Shown here piece after piece: positions 1 through 14,514 of a stretch of 64,000 bases of DNA (positions within the stretch are counted from its first letter, which is position 1; each line of letters opens with the position of its first letter). The position numbers and the translations under genes were made by a program. The DNA comes from Fistulifera solaris. Lineage: Eukaryota. The notes beneath the pieces were generated by a model. That model was not told the DNA's origin. It did not search any database and saw only the letters and a list, made by a program, of their open reading frames with translations. The stretch is from contig AP026126.1 of the NCBI GenBank assembly GCA_030295235.1, positions 930,001-994,000 of the forward strand, given 5' to 3'.

Positions 1-457
1 GCAATTCCTCGAGACGGTCTATGGACGGGGGTTTTTGAGGGTTGAATCGATTCAGCATTTCGGCGGGAGAAAGACCCAAATCAAGTGCACGAGCATCGTC
101 CTCTGACTCTAAAACATCACTATCGTCGCTATGCTCTGCTTCATAAGAAATATCTTCGCCCAATTCTAAATCCAAAGTGCTACCACCCCGCGAAATCGAA
201 TCCCGTTTCTCAAATTCTTCTCGATGCGGAAACATCTCCGCTATCGACTGGGCTGTAATATATTCCACGCGTTTATCTACTTCATCATCCATCCCATCTG
301 TCGACGCCCAATGCGCCAATACAGGCCGTGAACTGAAATCGGTTTGACGAAACGACAAGGCCAATTCGTTGACGGCGCGGTGTCTACGCGAAGCCCCTTG
401 CCGCCACAAGCGCACATGTTGCGCGGTCCGCCTCGATATCACTATAGCTGCTTGCAT
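1..457 (-). CDS. 5' part of a gene running off the window edge; Arg-rich N-terminus (mitochondrial-transit-like) then acidic region; product uncertain (possibly organellar phage-type RNA polymerase N-terminus)
   Basis: ATG at 457 (minus) opens an uninterrupted frame MQAAIVISRRTAQHVRLWRQG...LNRFNPQKPPSIDRLEEL to the window edge; divergent from SF3B2. Function is a guess only. Confidence 0.55.
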   Translation of the reverse strand, partial: MQAAIVISRRTAQHVRLWRQGASRRHRAVNELALSFRQTDFSSRPVLAHWASTDGMDDEVDKRVEYITAQSIAEMFPHREEFEKRDSISRGGSTLDLELGEDISYEAEHSDDSDVLESEDDARALDLGLSPAEMLNRFNPQKPPSIDRLEEL

Positions 458-845
458 GTCTTGTAGTGAATTATTCTATGCATGGACAAGTGTTGCGACT
501 TCTTGTTTCTCATAACCTTTTGGTTGACACGGAACAATTTTTTTTTGCTGAGAGAGAATGGCCGCGCTTATTTTCTGCGAGAGCTGAGCCAGTCGAAACG
601 AAAGCGGATGCACTGACGGACGACGGCCAGTATCCTAATGTAAATATAAAAAGAACTGTAGAATGGAATGTTGAGATGCGTGGACGTAGCAGTAACCGAT
701 GGCGGACGGACGCCTGATCGAAGCCGCAACTCCTTGCACCTCGTTACGTAGAAATAACAAGGGAGATGCATTTCAGATCGGCGGAGGTTTCTTGCTACTG
801 ATTATCAACAGCAACTCATTGTTACAACAGTCTAGGCGTATTAGA

Positions 846-2392
846 ATGGGTGTATCTACTGCAGAAAAGAATCGACGAAAGCGAGAGCGCAAAAACAAGA
901 GCGCGAGGCCCAGAAGAAAGTCGACGATGACGCCCGTGACGACGCCGACCGTCCCAGTGAGGAGGAAGTAGAAATTGAGTACATTGCGGAACCAATCCCG
1001 GAAATAAAAGAATTTGAAACATTTCAACGCTTTCAGCAATTAGTGAACCTTGCTTTAGCCGAAAAAGGCAACGAAGACATCAAAAATAGGGCAAATGGCG
1101 ATGATTTCGAGGACGACTCGGACGGCAAAAACAAACTCATCAGCAAACGCAAGTTACGCGAATCACTGAGACCTTCCATCGCCACACTAAAACAACAAGT
1201 AAAAAGACCGGATCTCGTCGAGGCACATGACGTTACTGCGGCAGATCCCTTCTTTCTAATTGAGCTAAAGGCTGTCCCAGGGACAGTACCTGTTTCGCGA
1301 CATTGGGGTCGCAAGCGAAAGTATCTGCAAGGAAAAAGAGGCTTCGAAAAACCACCATTTCAGCTTCCTGATTTTATTGTGAGGACCGGTATCACGGATA
1401 TTCGTGATTCCGTTGCAGCGGATGAGGCCAAGATGTCAGCGAAGCAGAAGAATCGCGCACGAGTAGCACCCAAGATGGGTGCCATCGACGTCGATTATCG
1501 GACACTTCACGACGCGTTCTTCAAATATCAAACAAAGCCTAAGTCTCTTACAAAGTTTGGTGATACGTACTACGAAGGAAAAGAATTGGAAGTGAATATT
1601 AAGATAAAACCTGGAGGCCCGCTGAGTACCAAATTACGAGAAGCTCTAGGAATGACTTCCGAAACGTCACCCCCGCCGTGGTTGATCAACATGCAGCGAT
1701 ATGGTCCACCGCCTACATACCCGATGCTCATCATCCCAGGGCTCAATGCCCCACTACCAACTCCTGATTGTGTTTACGGATATCATCCAGGTGGATGGGG
1801 CAAACCACCTGTAGACAATTATGGTCGTCCATTATACGGTGGCAACCCATTTGACCCTCCTGGATCCAGCGCCGCGAAAGAGACCGAACAGACGACATTA
1901 GTCACGAGCGATGGGAAAACGATTCAAAAGGCGCTATGGGGTGCATTGCCTGTTGGTGCTGTTGTTGTAGAAGAGTCAGAGGAAGAATCGAGCGATGAGG
2001 AAATGGACGAATCTTCCGAAGAAGAAGGGGAGGAGAATGAAGCAGTGAAAGATATGGAGAACGGCATTGAGTCAGTCTTACCGCCCCCTCCCAGTATTAT
2101 GCCTACTCCCACAGCGGTCGATCTACGCAAACAGCCAGGTGACGAAACACCAGTCCCTTCCGCGCCCAAGCAACTTTATCAAGTTGTCGAACAGAGCCGT
2201 GCCGGCGCAGATCGGAACAAAGGTGCAGTCTTTGCGTCCGAGGTGGCGTACGTTTTGCCTGGGACACAAGCAACTGCTGCTCAAATCCCAGACGGAATTG
2301 AAAGTGTTTTAGGCAAAGGCGCTCCATCGGGGGCGAAACGCAAACGTAAGGACGACGATGAAGATGAATTGGACAAGAATTTCAAATTTTAG
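846..2392 (+). CDS. SF3B2: Splicing factor 3B subunit 2 (SAP145/Cus1)
   Basis: DUF382 region (LKQQVKRPDLVEAHDVTAADP, HWGRKRKYLQGKRGFEKPPFQLP), PSP domain (PPPWLINMQRYGPPP..YGYHPGGWGKPPVD), C-terminal FKF. Start MGVSTAEKNRRK at 846 joins ORF 1043..2392 via a frameshift in the A-run near 890. Confidence 0.95.
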
Positions 2393-2449
2393 TTAGTCAC
2401 AAGAGATAATGCTAGTTAGAAAATCATCTTGGTTTTACTCTCACTAGGC

Positions 2450-3924
<1,475 letters not shown>

Positions 3925-4307
3925 TTTTGAAGCTTATAACAATATGCTGATGAGACGATAAAGTGTAAAGTAATAGGAGTGGAGAAGTGAGAAAACGATG
4001 GACCGCAAAACAGCTCACAATCATTTTATCACCGCGGGGATCGGATGATGGGGGCAATATTTTACTATAATATTAAAAGTAGTCTAGTTCAGAAGGTGCA
4101 GATTGGATAGGGAGGAATATTGAATTTTTAGAAAAATACCAGCAATGAGAACCGATCTCATTATTTATTCATGCATCCTGCGTCATCACAGCAGTCCTTT
4201 CTCGAACGACGATCGATGTCGTCCGCCTTATTTCGTTTCTTCTCTATCAATCAATCGATCAATAGAATCATCGATGTAACGGTGTATTTTGCAACCTCCC
4301 TGTTTAC

Positions 4308-5343
4308 ATGATGCATTCAGTCTTTAGCATACAGAAGAAACATCGACTTTTCACCCAAACCGCCGCACTACTCACTCTCGTTTCTCTTAGAGCACCAACA
4401 CATACTTCCGCCTTTGCACCCTCTTCCCTTCTTCTTCCATCCGTCGTTACCCCGCTCTTCCTTTCGACTGCCGCTACCATGCCCGAAACACTCCAAGTCG
4501 TACAATTGCCTTGTCTCAAGGACAATTATGGATATCTCCTACACGATACGACCACTGGTGCTACGGCCGCGATCGATACACCCGAAGCCGGACCCTACCA
4601 AGCCGAACTTCGTGCCCGCGGTTGGACCTTGACGCATATTTTCAATACACATCATCATTGGGATCATACGGGAGGGAACTTGGAGCTGAAATCGTCCGAT
4701 GTATTGATTTATGGGCCCGCGACGGAAACAATTCCGGGGATAGATCGGCCGTTGCGGGGAGAAGATGAATTCGAGTTTGGGGGATCCAAGGTGCAAGTCA
4801 TTGATGTGGGAGGTCACACGAAAGGGCATATTGCGTACTACTTCCCTGACGAAAGAAAAGTGTTTGTAGGAGATTCTCTATTTGCTTTAGGTTGTGGGAA
4901 AATGTTTGAAGGAACTCCCGAGCAATTTTGGAGCAGTTTGAAGCGTTTACGCAATCTTCCCGATGAAACGATGGTATATTGGTAAGTCGTTTGCTTCACA
5001 GAGATGCACGTCTTGTCACGCGAAGATGGACTAATTTAATGTTCATGAAAAAAAACTGATCCAAAATAGCGCCCACGAGTACACGCAATCGAACGCCAAG
5101 TTTGCGCAAAGCGTCGAACCGGGTAACGCCGAGCTCCTGGAACGTGTGAAAGTAATTGCCGCTCAACGAGCCCGAGGACAATCCACGGTTCCTAGTTCTA
5201 TGGGACTCGAGAAACGAACCAATCCCTTTTTGCGATGTGATGTTAGCGACGAACTCCGCGCCAACGTCGGCGTTCGAGCAGGAGATTCCGATGCCGAAGC
5301 TTTTGCCAAAGTACGTCAAGCGAAAGATACCTTTAGGGGTTAA
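4308..5343 (+). CDS. GLX2: Hydroxyacylglutathione hydrolase (glyoxalase II), probably plastid-targeted
   Basis: Metallo-beta-lactamase motif THHHWDH, GHTKGHI, FVGDSLF, AHEYT, C-terminal TVPSSMGLEKRTNPFLR; one intron from about 4982; hydrophobic N-terminus with SAF motif. Confidence 0.93.
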
Positions 5344-5986
5344 CTGATTAAACAAAATATATACACGTATCAGCACCGATGGCTTATCTACAAAATCAGT
5401 GGTGATCCATCGAGGGTAAGCGGAGTCGCAAGGTTGATATCGTTTTTTTGCACTCAGCTGAATGAAATGGCAAATGGACACAAACGAGCTTAGATAGGTC
5501 TTCACTTGTTGATGTCTTTGTAGGACTAATTGAGACTATACATATTGACATGCTGTGTCTACGACGACATTCGTTACGAATGAACTAAAATGTTGACGCT
5601 ACAATTGCCCACCAACTCCCAACAAGTCTTTGTGCGAGTATTTGATGTCGTCAATGGAGTCGCTGTTTCACTGATGATGTTTTTGGATAAAGTAGAGAAG
5701 CATTTTCTTTGTTGCTTTTTATTTACTAAGTACTCCGTATCTTTAATTGGCGAAATAATCGTGAAGGCGTCAAGGTGACTTTTTGTGACTCGAATGAGAT
5801 GCAGTCCCGGCATTCGTTGCCTATTTTTATTACTCCGGGTATACTTTGAATTTTCAGCGTGTCACCAAACTATTGTTGAGAAAGCAACTATTATTATCAA
5901 TCAATCGAGTTGTAGTATCTGGCCGATGATTTTGTTGTCACTATACTAATAACTCTTCTCTAGAGTGTCTGAGAAAACAACAAAGC

Positions 5987-6801
5987 ATGTCGTTGGGTGA
6001 AGCCGAGCAAGTGCTTGTCGAATTTTTGCAAACATGCGCCGACTTTGAGACAGCTCCTCCCCGTGTCGTTTGCCCACTGTGTCGAACATCTCGCGCCATC
6101 TACTGCCCTACGTGTTATCAAATTCTGATTGAAAAGTCACAATGGCCTGAGGGTATTCAACATCTGCGGCTGCCGTTTCACCTTGATATACTGTTAGACG
6201 ATCGACGAACTTCGGCTACCGGTATTCCAGTGGGCAGTATATTCGGTTGCTCCCCGCTTTCCCGAAAATCATCAGACCCTGTTCGTATATTTGACTGCGA
6301 AAAGAATTAGATGAACTTCCATCATCCTACGGACCCAATACATACCTTTTGTTTCCGGGAGAGTCATCGCAACCGGTCTCGTACGTCGCTCAACATGGCA
6401 AAATTGATCGCGTGGTCGTCTTGGACTGCAAATGGCAACAAACGAGCATACGAATGCATCCTTCTGTAAAAGATCTACCTCAAATTCATTTGGACAGCTG
6501 TCCGCAACATAGTTACTTTTGGCGATGGCACAATGCAGGAGAGGGACGGGTCTCAACAGTCGAAGCCATTTACTTTTGTGCTTGGGACGTTGCGGCTTGT
6601 ATAGGGTGGAACGAGGACAAAAAACGAAATTTGGTGCATTTACTATGGTTGTTTGGTATTCAACGTGAAGTAATACGACGCAAATACGAGGAGGATGGAG
6701 GAGTTGTTCTACACGAACACATGCCTTTTACAGAAGAAGGCAAACAGTTTCAGCGCGACATGCGCAAACGTGTCGATGCTCACTCGAAAAAAGCACAATG
6801 A
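5987..6801 (+). CDS. DTWD1: DTW-domain protein, DTWD1-like (tRNA aminocarboxypropyltransferase family)
   Basis: N-terminal CxxC...YCxxC, VVVLDCKWQQ (DxTW-like), FWR...STVEAIY; two ORFs joined by a frameshift near 6300. Confidence 0.75.
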
Positions 6802-6861
6802 TTGTTCTCGAATTATTGAGCTATAAATTCTGTTTCCTTCATTTGTAATGTTCAATTCTTT

Positions 6862-7412
6862 TCAAGAATGATTGTAAAAGGAAATTAGCGTATCTGTTCG
6901 TTCCATCATCCGCACGACTCGTGTGGACATTTCTTTCTTCGTACTTTTAATTTCTTCCGTCGATATCACTTGATCAATTTGCGCTGCTAGTTGATCCAAA
7001 TCATGACTCAACAAAGCCAGGCTTTTTCGCAGATCGCGACCAGGCACATTTTGTTCCCACATTTGACGCAAAATCCGTGAGTGTGCGTCATCAATCGAAT
7101 CCAGACTCGCCCTTTCGAGTCCTTCCTCCATCGCACTCAGCGTTTTCTCTTTGCGTTCTAATTTAATGGCGATCGATTCTAAGGTCTGTTTGCGTTTTCG
7201 TATGTGGGGTGGATGAGGATCGCCTTCCCATATGTAAGTGAAAGCTCCCTTCCATCCATAGTCTCGCACGACGGGGTACAACCAAAAAGGGAAGCGGATA
7301 TCACGGCTGTGGCGGTCACTGCGGTGAGTGTTGTCGTCCAAGAGCGCTCTCTAGTGTTGTAATAATTGATGTCACTATATCCACGTCCGGAAAACATCAT
7401 TGTGGCCGACAT
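6862..7412 (-). CDS. Hypothetical protein with N-terminal hydrophobic segment and BAG-like helical C-terminus
   Basis: ORFs 7179..7412 and 6862..7341 join by a frameshift; coiled-coil and C-terminal LSHDLDQLAAQIDQV...IKSTKKEMSTRVVRMMERTD resembles a BAG helix pair. Confidence 0.5.
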
Positions 7413-7687
7413 GATGCATCAATTACCTGGTATGAAAGGTGCGCGAGAGAATACAAAGTAATGAGACTTTTTATCAAACAGTCAAACTTAAACGCCAAAA
7501 ACAGCCTTTGTCTGTACTCCATCCGAAGACGAACGCACACCAGACGGAAGTACAGGACAAACAACAAAACAACCAAAGCGATGACGATCTTGTTGTTACT
7601 ACTTGTAGTTTAAAACCAATCACTGACATTTACTTTCATTCTACATCCTTGTGCTTCACAGCTACTACTTGAAAATCCTGATCGAAG

Positions 7688-8387
7688 ATGAAAAGAGTTG
7701 TTTCGTTCTTACTGCTGTGGCAAAGCTCTCTACATATCGCGCAAGCATTTTATGTCGCGACTCACGTCAGCCATTCTCGACACGGGCGCTCCCATCCAAT
7801 ATTACGGCTTCACCTGTCAGAGGAACCGAATATCTTTGAATCAAAAAAGCACGGACGAACCACTTTTGTCAGATGAAGAACTTTTGGCACAGAATCCTGA
7901 CTGGGACGATACAGTAGCTCGATTCAATACGGTACATTTGTCGGGCCGCATCGGGGCAGAGCCGAAAACCCGGTATTTTGACGATGGCAAAGTCGTCGTC
8001 AATTTAAACCTGGCAGTACAACGAAAGTATCACCCACTCGAACGCAAGCATTTCAATATTGCTTACGGACAAGAAGAGACGGACTGGTTTGGTCTTGAAA
8101 TCTGGGGACGAACGGCAGAATTTGCATCCAAATACGTAGATAAAGGCATGCGTGTCAGTGTCATCGGATCGTTGCAGGTTGATCAGTGGACAGACAAGGA
8201 AAGTGGTGAACCGCGCAGTCGAACGAAAGTGGTTGTACGGGAACTGGATATTATGGAAACGCGGGCCGAGGGTGATTTGAGGCGGTCGAAGCGATCTGGT
8301 AGCGGTAGCGGAGGAACCTCAAACTTCTTCTCAGAAGATGATTTCGGAGCATCCTCCGCTGGATCGGGCGGATTTTTTGACGATTGA
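7688..8387 (+). CDS. ssb: Bacterial-type single-stranded DNA-binding protein, plastid-targeted
   Basis: NTVHLSGRIGAEP, ETDWFGLEIWGRTAE, KGMRVSVIGSLQVDQWTDK, acidic Gly-rich tail ending FFDD; signal peptide MKRVVSFLLLWQSSLHIAQA|F; frameshift near the A-run at about 7845. Confidence 0.9.
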
Positions 8388-9694
8388 AGGGCTTTTGTCC
8401 AGGAAAGACGCACGTGAACAAAACATATTATTCCTCCACGAATCATTTAGCGAACTATCAGCGCCGCTCTTACGGTATCTTGAGTTTCTATCGAATTGTC
8501 GTTTGTTAATATTGGTTCCAGCTTTCTCTCTCAAAAGGGTGGTGTTAACTCAACAGGCTCGATATTACATAGCTCTCGCGTTATTTCCTTCTCTCTTAGG
8601 GCAGTTAACTTCTGACATTATTAAGTCCGTAAATACCCACAAGTCTTTACCTAAAATAGGCGCTATCAACTGATAATATCTCATTTACTCTTTTCACGAA
8701 AAGTTTGCTCAACAACATCTAAAGTCCTCCCTGAGAAGAAGGGTATCATCTTATCTTTGTCGCGGATTAAGTCTACCGTATCGACCTGAACGAGCATTTG
8801 AGGCATTTCCTATAAATTTGAGTAAATGCTTCTGACCTGGAAAATCGTTGTTTTAATTCAAAAATGCAATAGTAAATTCTACTTATGAAAAAACATTACC
8901 GTATAATTCAACCAAAAAGAGAGGACGATAAAATTTAGTCTAGTTTCAGTCCTTCCTGGAAAGAGTTTAGATTGGTACCTGTAAGACATTTTACACTTGA
9001 TTAAAGTGAATGCGTCAACACTGCAGAGGTGTTTTCCAGTCTACCTCTCTGAGTAGGAAACGCAACTTCTGCTTGAGTCAAAAGAAACGATGTCGTCACA
9101 CCATTATGTACACTCAAGAGTGCATGACCCGCAATAGCCACGTTGAACATCCAATAGAAATCCAGGACCACTATGGTAAGTGACGTCGCTGTTGCAAAAG
9201 AACCGTTAAACTACGGTTAGCTGTTCTGTGTGACGCGCACTTTGAACAAGGGAGTGTAGCTTCTTCGCCATTCGGATTCGTTCTGCTCCGACTGCACCAC
9301 GATTTCCTCCAGCAATACCATTTGGCCGTTTTGATATCCTCTATAAAGTAGAAGCATTGAGCTGGACATTTTCTTTCCTCACTTCGGAGCGTGCTGGTTG
9401 TATGAAAGCATTGCATCCCTTCGACTTCGATCTCTTCGCTTGTCTCGCTTTTGTTAGTTGAGCTGACAGGATCGATAGCTTTTGGTTAACAAGGAGCCGG
9501 AACGTTGAACTCGAATGATACGGTCACCGTGAAGTTCGTTCTGTCGTTCAAATCTTGATTCACAAAAGATTCTTCTGTAAAGATTGACTCTGTTGCCTGT
9601 AGGGAATAAACAAACCCAGAATACTGCGATAGAAAAATCGAAGCAACAATTTTCGGTAGTTAAGGAGTTGATTGTGTGCATCGTATCGCCAGAA

Positions 9695-11162
9695 ATGTCG
9701 ATGCCGCCGCTCTACGCAACTCCGACTGGACGAGGCGGGTCTGAACAACCAGAAGATTGCAGAGATTTCCTTCGAACTGGTCGCTGCAAATACGGAGCAT
9801 CATGCAAGTACAATCATCCTGCGAACGTTCAGAGCGGAGGAGGAATGAAGTCTCCGCTTGATCCATCGGAACCTTTGTTTCCACTGAGACCGAACGAGCC
9901 TCTTTGCCAGTATTACCTCAAGCACGGAACATGCAAGTTCGGGCAAGCCTGCAAATTTAATCATCCTCCGCATACATCTCAACGTGCAATTTTGAACGGT
10001 AACAGCATTGTTTTGATGAACATTGGACGTCAGAATGGCGAAACGCCGCAGTACGTTTTGAATCCGGATTCGTCAGTCCTTTTACAGGTTCTTCCGCAAC
10101 GCCCGGATGAGCCCGACTGCATTTACTTTTTGAAGAACGGAAGATGCAAATACGGAGCGACTTGCCGATACCATCATCCTTTAAACTATCACCAACAAAG
10201 AGCCGAGGAACAAAGAAGGCATCGAAATCAAATGTCACAACAAGGAGTACACTACGTCACCCAGCATGTTAGTGGAATGCCTCATCAGGGTCCCATTTAT
10301 CTGGACAATTCAATAGCGGTTGTTCCTGTCGATAGGGAAGGGCATCAATTGTATCAATATTCGTACATAAACAATTCCGATGGGTATTCGGCCCCGCTGG
10401 GATCGACTGTGCGAACGGAGCTCGCCTCATCTGCTTCATCTCTCGCGTCATCTTATGATGCAGCTCTCGAACAGATAGGGCATTCAGACAGGGGATCATC
10501 CAACTGGAATAGGACCCTTAGTGTAAACAGCTTAGGGGGAGAGCAGGGGGCCACCAAGGGGTGTCATGACTCATTCGGCAAGTGAAGGGCACATGGATAG
10601 AAGGCCCCGCGCAGCTTCTCATGGCAATACAACTGACTACATCTTCGAATCTAATAGTGGTCAGCTTCGTAGAATAAGTTCTGAAACTCCTATGAACGCT
10701 AACCCGTCACCCGTTGCAGGAAGTATGAACGGAGAGAGTTGGCAAGGTCAGCGTGGGCGATTCCTTCCGAAAAATCGCCGGGGAAGACACCGTGACGATG
10801 TCGAAGGTGGCTTCACTATGATGACATCTGCGTTACTGAACATGCTTGATACCACCGAAGAAGCATCTGGCGAAAATTTCAGCGACGAGGACAATTACCA
10901 TGCTCATCATCATTACTTGGCAGCCGACGAAGTCGACCACTCTCTTTTCGAGCGTCTGTCTTTGAACTCGGCGGCGCAAGGGGGAGGCTACGTCCCCAGC
11001 CCAGTTCCAAATACTACCGGTGGCAATCCAAATTGGCCCACCACTTGGGAAGGGCTATCTTATGACGATCAAGACCTACATTTAAGCATGTTGTCAAAGC
11101 GTGAGAGTGACAGGCGTCAGGGAAGTCCGAGTGAGAACAACGTGGGACTCTACCTCCCTTAG
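9695..11162 (+). CDS. CCCH (C3H1) zinc-finger RNA-binding protein
   Basis: Three C-x8-C-x5-C-x3-H motifs (CRDFLRTGRCKYGASCKYNH; CQYYLKHGTCKFGQACKFNH; CIYFLKNGRCKYGATCRYHH); low-complexity C-terminus continues in ORF 10566..11162 after a probable frameshift at G-runs near 10540. Confidence 0.9.
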
Positions 11163-11415
11163 ATTTTCTTTCATATAGATAATATGATTGGCGAATGCTA
11201 TCAGCCGATTTCGCGCGAAAGCCAATCGAGCTATCAATCTCTGTGCTATGCTTTGTTGAAAGCTATTCTCGAGACGGAGATATCTGAACTGAAGACGTTT
11301 AGAATGTACCAACTACAGCCACTGCTTAGAAATTCAACCTCAGTCCATTGAATGTATTTTTCCAATAGGTGAATTGTGTTTTCATTTTCTTTAGGATGCC
11401 TCATAGCATTTAATT

Positions 11416-13362
11416 TTACTTCACAACCGTCCCACCGGATGCGGTTGCAATGGCCGCTGTAGAGTAGATTATCGTCGCGCCATCAGCCCACTCAACGCGA
11501 AATCCGTATATCCCTTGCTTTAACACTCGTTTGGGCTGATTGCTAGGAGAAACCTTTGCGTTTGATTGATGAATTTTGACATCGGTATTTGTCGGCTCCG
11601 GTGAGATGGTTCGGAGAACATTGCCGTTCTTGGGATCACGAGCTCGGAGATCGGGAGGGCTGATTTGTTTTTGGGTTGCTCCAGACTCTGAGTAGAAACG
11701 GACCACGAACCGTTCGTCGCGTCCCAATTCCATAGTCGCTGTGGATAAATCAAATGATTCTTTTGCAGATCCGAAATGCACTTTCCCCACAATTTCATCT
11801 CGCTGTCCATACTGAAACTTTAAAAGAAACTCTGTTACTGTGTCGGCAAGTTGACCGAACGCTTCAAGCTCCAATTTCGACTCTTGCCCTCTCGACAGAC
11901 AGAAGGGGACGCTATTATCGATAGAAGAGTTCGTTGTCTGTGATATGGGCACGCGGATCGTGTGATGGCCATCTAGCGCACACATCTCGCTAGTATCGCC
12001 AAAGGGATAGTAACGCTTTCCGTCTCCCTTAATAAGTAAGGCCACGATAGGTGAGACGCTACTAACAGGATCAGCGATAATGCAACCAAAATATTACTCA
12101 CCTCAAAAAATGACATGTTCTCAACGACTGAAATTGTCGGCACGCCTAGGGACGTAAACATCTCAATACCTTTTCGTGTATCACTAATCGCTAGTTTCGA
12201 AGGCGTCGTGACAGCAACAGCTCCGCTGATTTGTAACTGTTGCAGAACTGCTAACTGCACATCTCCCGTGCCAGGTGGAAGGTCTAGCAGCAAAACATCT
12301 AGATCTCCCCAATCTGTGCTCTTCAATCTTTCAATGAAAGTAAGCCGTGATGTGTCAACTCAAGATATGCAATTAAAGCATGAGTAGTGACTTACAATTG
12401 AGTTACGACTTTCCCTACCAATGGGCCTCGCATGACAGCAGTTCCACTCTCTTTTCCCGATCCAGGCACGCCGCTCTAAGTGCACATGTCAGGTACATTT
12501 AAAATGGGGAGATTTTTAAATGCACGTTGTCTTACCTGTGAAGAGACGTACCCAAGAGAGAGTAGTTTGACCCCTTCATGATTGATAGGGTACACCATCC
12601 CTGGGCCACTGGGAGAAGGACGAACAGCAGTGTCTTTTGGGTCGACCAGAAGCGGTAACGATGGTCCGTAAATGTCCAAATCCAAAGTCCGACTCGCCCC
12701 CCTCGTGCGGCGAGCTCGTAGGCGAGGTTGACGGCGATGGTTGACTTTCCAACACCGCCTTTGCAAGAATACACAGTGACAACATGAGAAACGGACTGCA
12801 AACCAGGCCCAAGCATTTGCAAAAGCTCTTCCTTTCCTTCTGTTAAATGGAGCATGGCCGAAGTAGGCTTTGTGGCGATCGCCTCTACGTTGACATTAAG
12901 CTTCATTGTAGAGTTCATGGACACTTCTTTCGCCAGCCAAGCCGTAATCTCTGCTTCGAACTCCTCTTTGACTTTTGATTTGAGAGCGCTGATGTAAGGA
13001 TGAAGCATGGAAGGTAGTTTGAGCAATACTTGAAAGGTTCCGTCATCGGATATCGCCACACTCCGACTCAACCACCCAAGTTTGTCCAAGGTATGCTTCG
13101 TTACAGGATCTGAAACTGAAAATGCTACTTTCTTATATAAGTGTTCTTCCAAGTCAGCAATTTTTCGATTTGAAAGGTCCCACCGGCTTTTCGCATTTCG
13201 TTGTTTATCCTCATTTGAATAAGCTCGAGACCACGGCTTTTGGCGGTAAACAGAAAAATTCGGGATGGGGCGAAGGCGCAATGAAGGCTTACAACAACTA
13301 TGTAGCACTTTATAAGTTTGAACGTATGGTACCTTTAAAGAATGAGAGAAGAAATTGAGCAT
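11416..13362 (-). CDS. HCF101: HCF101-like Mrp/NBP35 P-loop NTPase (Fe-S cluster carrier) with DUF59-like N-terminal and DUF971-like C-terminal domains
   Basis: SCKGGVGKST Walker A, LDLDIYGPSLP, DWGDLDVLLLDLPPGTGDVQL, VVENMSFF, C-terminal GIYGFRVEWADGATIIY; several introns and frameshifts. Confidence 0.85.
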
Positions 13363-13751
13363 GGTTTGTTGCTTGTTTCTTCCTTCAAAGTTTTGTTGAC
13401 ATTCTTAGTGATTTGTTGATTGATGTTGAATGTTGATGCTGAAGTCGTTCTGTGATCGCCTGGTTCTTGAGAGGCCAATTTTTATGTGACAACCAGCTGG
13501 TAATCAGAAAACGAATGTATTGATCTGTGCTTAACCTTTTGGATACCGTACTGAAAATGGCTTCAGCGGTTATCGGTTACCAGTTATCAATGCTCCAAAC
13601 TCACAGACGTCAGTGTTACCTTGAGATGTCCCACTACTATTCCTACATGCAGTCCGCGTTCCGCACGATGGTGAACGCCAACACAACATCCACACAATAA
13701 GATTCTTGTCAATGTATCTTGGAAATTGCAGTAAAGTCGTTGGAATCAGAG

Positions 13752-14435
13752 ATGAAAGCTTTTCAAATCTTCAGTTTGTTCACAATTCTTTGGACGACAG
13801 CTTTAGCCTTTTCAACTGCACCGATTTCGTTGCGAAATCACCGGGCTTTCGTATCGGATTCCTGCCTTTGGGCCGAAACGATCAAAGAAGTGACCGATGA
13901 CGCCGACACGCGCATGTCGAAATCGGTCGAATCCGTCAAAACGAACTTGGCCACAATCCGCACAGGACGTGCGTCTGCTAGCATCCTCGATCGCATCAAG
14001 GTGGACTATTATGGCGTCGCAACTCCTTTGAATCAGATGGCCACCATTTCCGTCCCATCAGCACAACAACTTGCCGTCGATCCTTACGACAAGTCGACCA
14101 TGAATGATATCCAGAAAGCCATTGCCGAATCTGATTTAGGTGTTTCTCCCAACAACGATGGTACTATTATTCGCATTAACATTCCTGAATTGACGGAAGA
14201 TCGACGTAAAGACATGATGAAGCAATGTAAATCAATCGGCGAAGAAGGAAAAGTTGCTGTTCGCAACGTTCGTAGAGATGGTATGGACCTGATTAAAAAG
14301 TTGGAAAAGGCGGCAACCATTGGAAAAGATGAAATGCAAGATGGTCTCGACTTGATGCAGAAAATGACGGACAAGAGAGTCAAGGAAATTGATGAAATCG
14401 TTGCGAAGAAAGAAAAGGAACTTTCCAAGGTGTAA
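13752..14435 (+). CDS. frr: Ribosome recycling factor, plastid-targeted
   Basis: IRTGRASASILDRIKVDYYG, PELTEDRRK, KVAVRNVRRD, KEKEL; signal MKAFQIFSLFTILWTTALA|F. Confidence 0.95.
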   Translation: MKAFQIFSLFTILWTTALAFSTAPISLRNHRAFVSDSCLWAETIKEVTDDADTRMSKSVESVKTNLATIRTGRASASILDRIKVDYYGVATPLNQMATISVPSAQQLAVDPYDKSTMNDIQKAIAESDLGVSPNNDGTIIRINIPELTEDRRKDMMKQCKSIGEEGKVAVRNVRRDGMDLIKKLEKAATIGKDEMQDGLDLMQKMTDKRVKEIDEIVAKKEKELSKV

Positions 14436-14514
14436 CAAAAAAAGCGTAAAATTGTAGCGCTCTATCCCTCATCATTTGCTCGCCTGCTTTCTTGACGTAG
14501 ACTGATGCTAGTTT

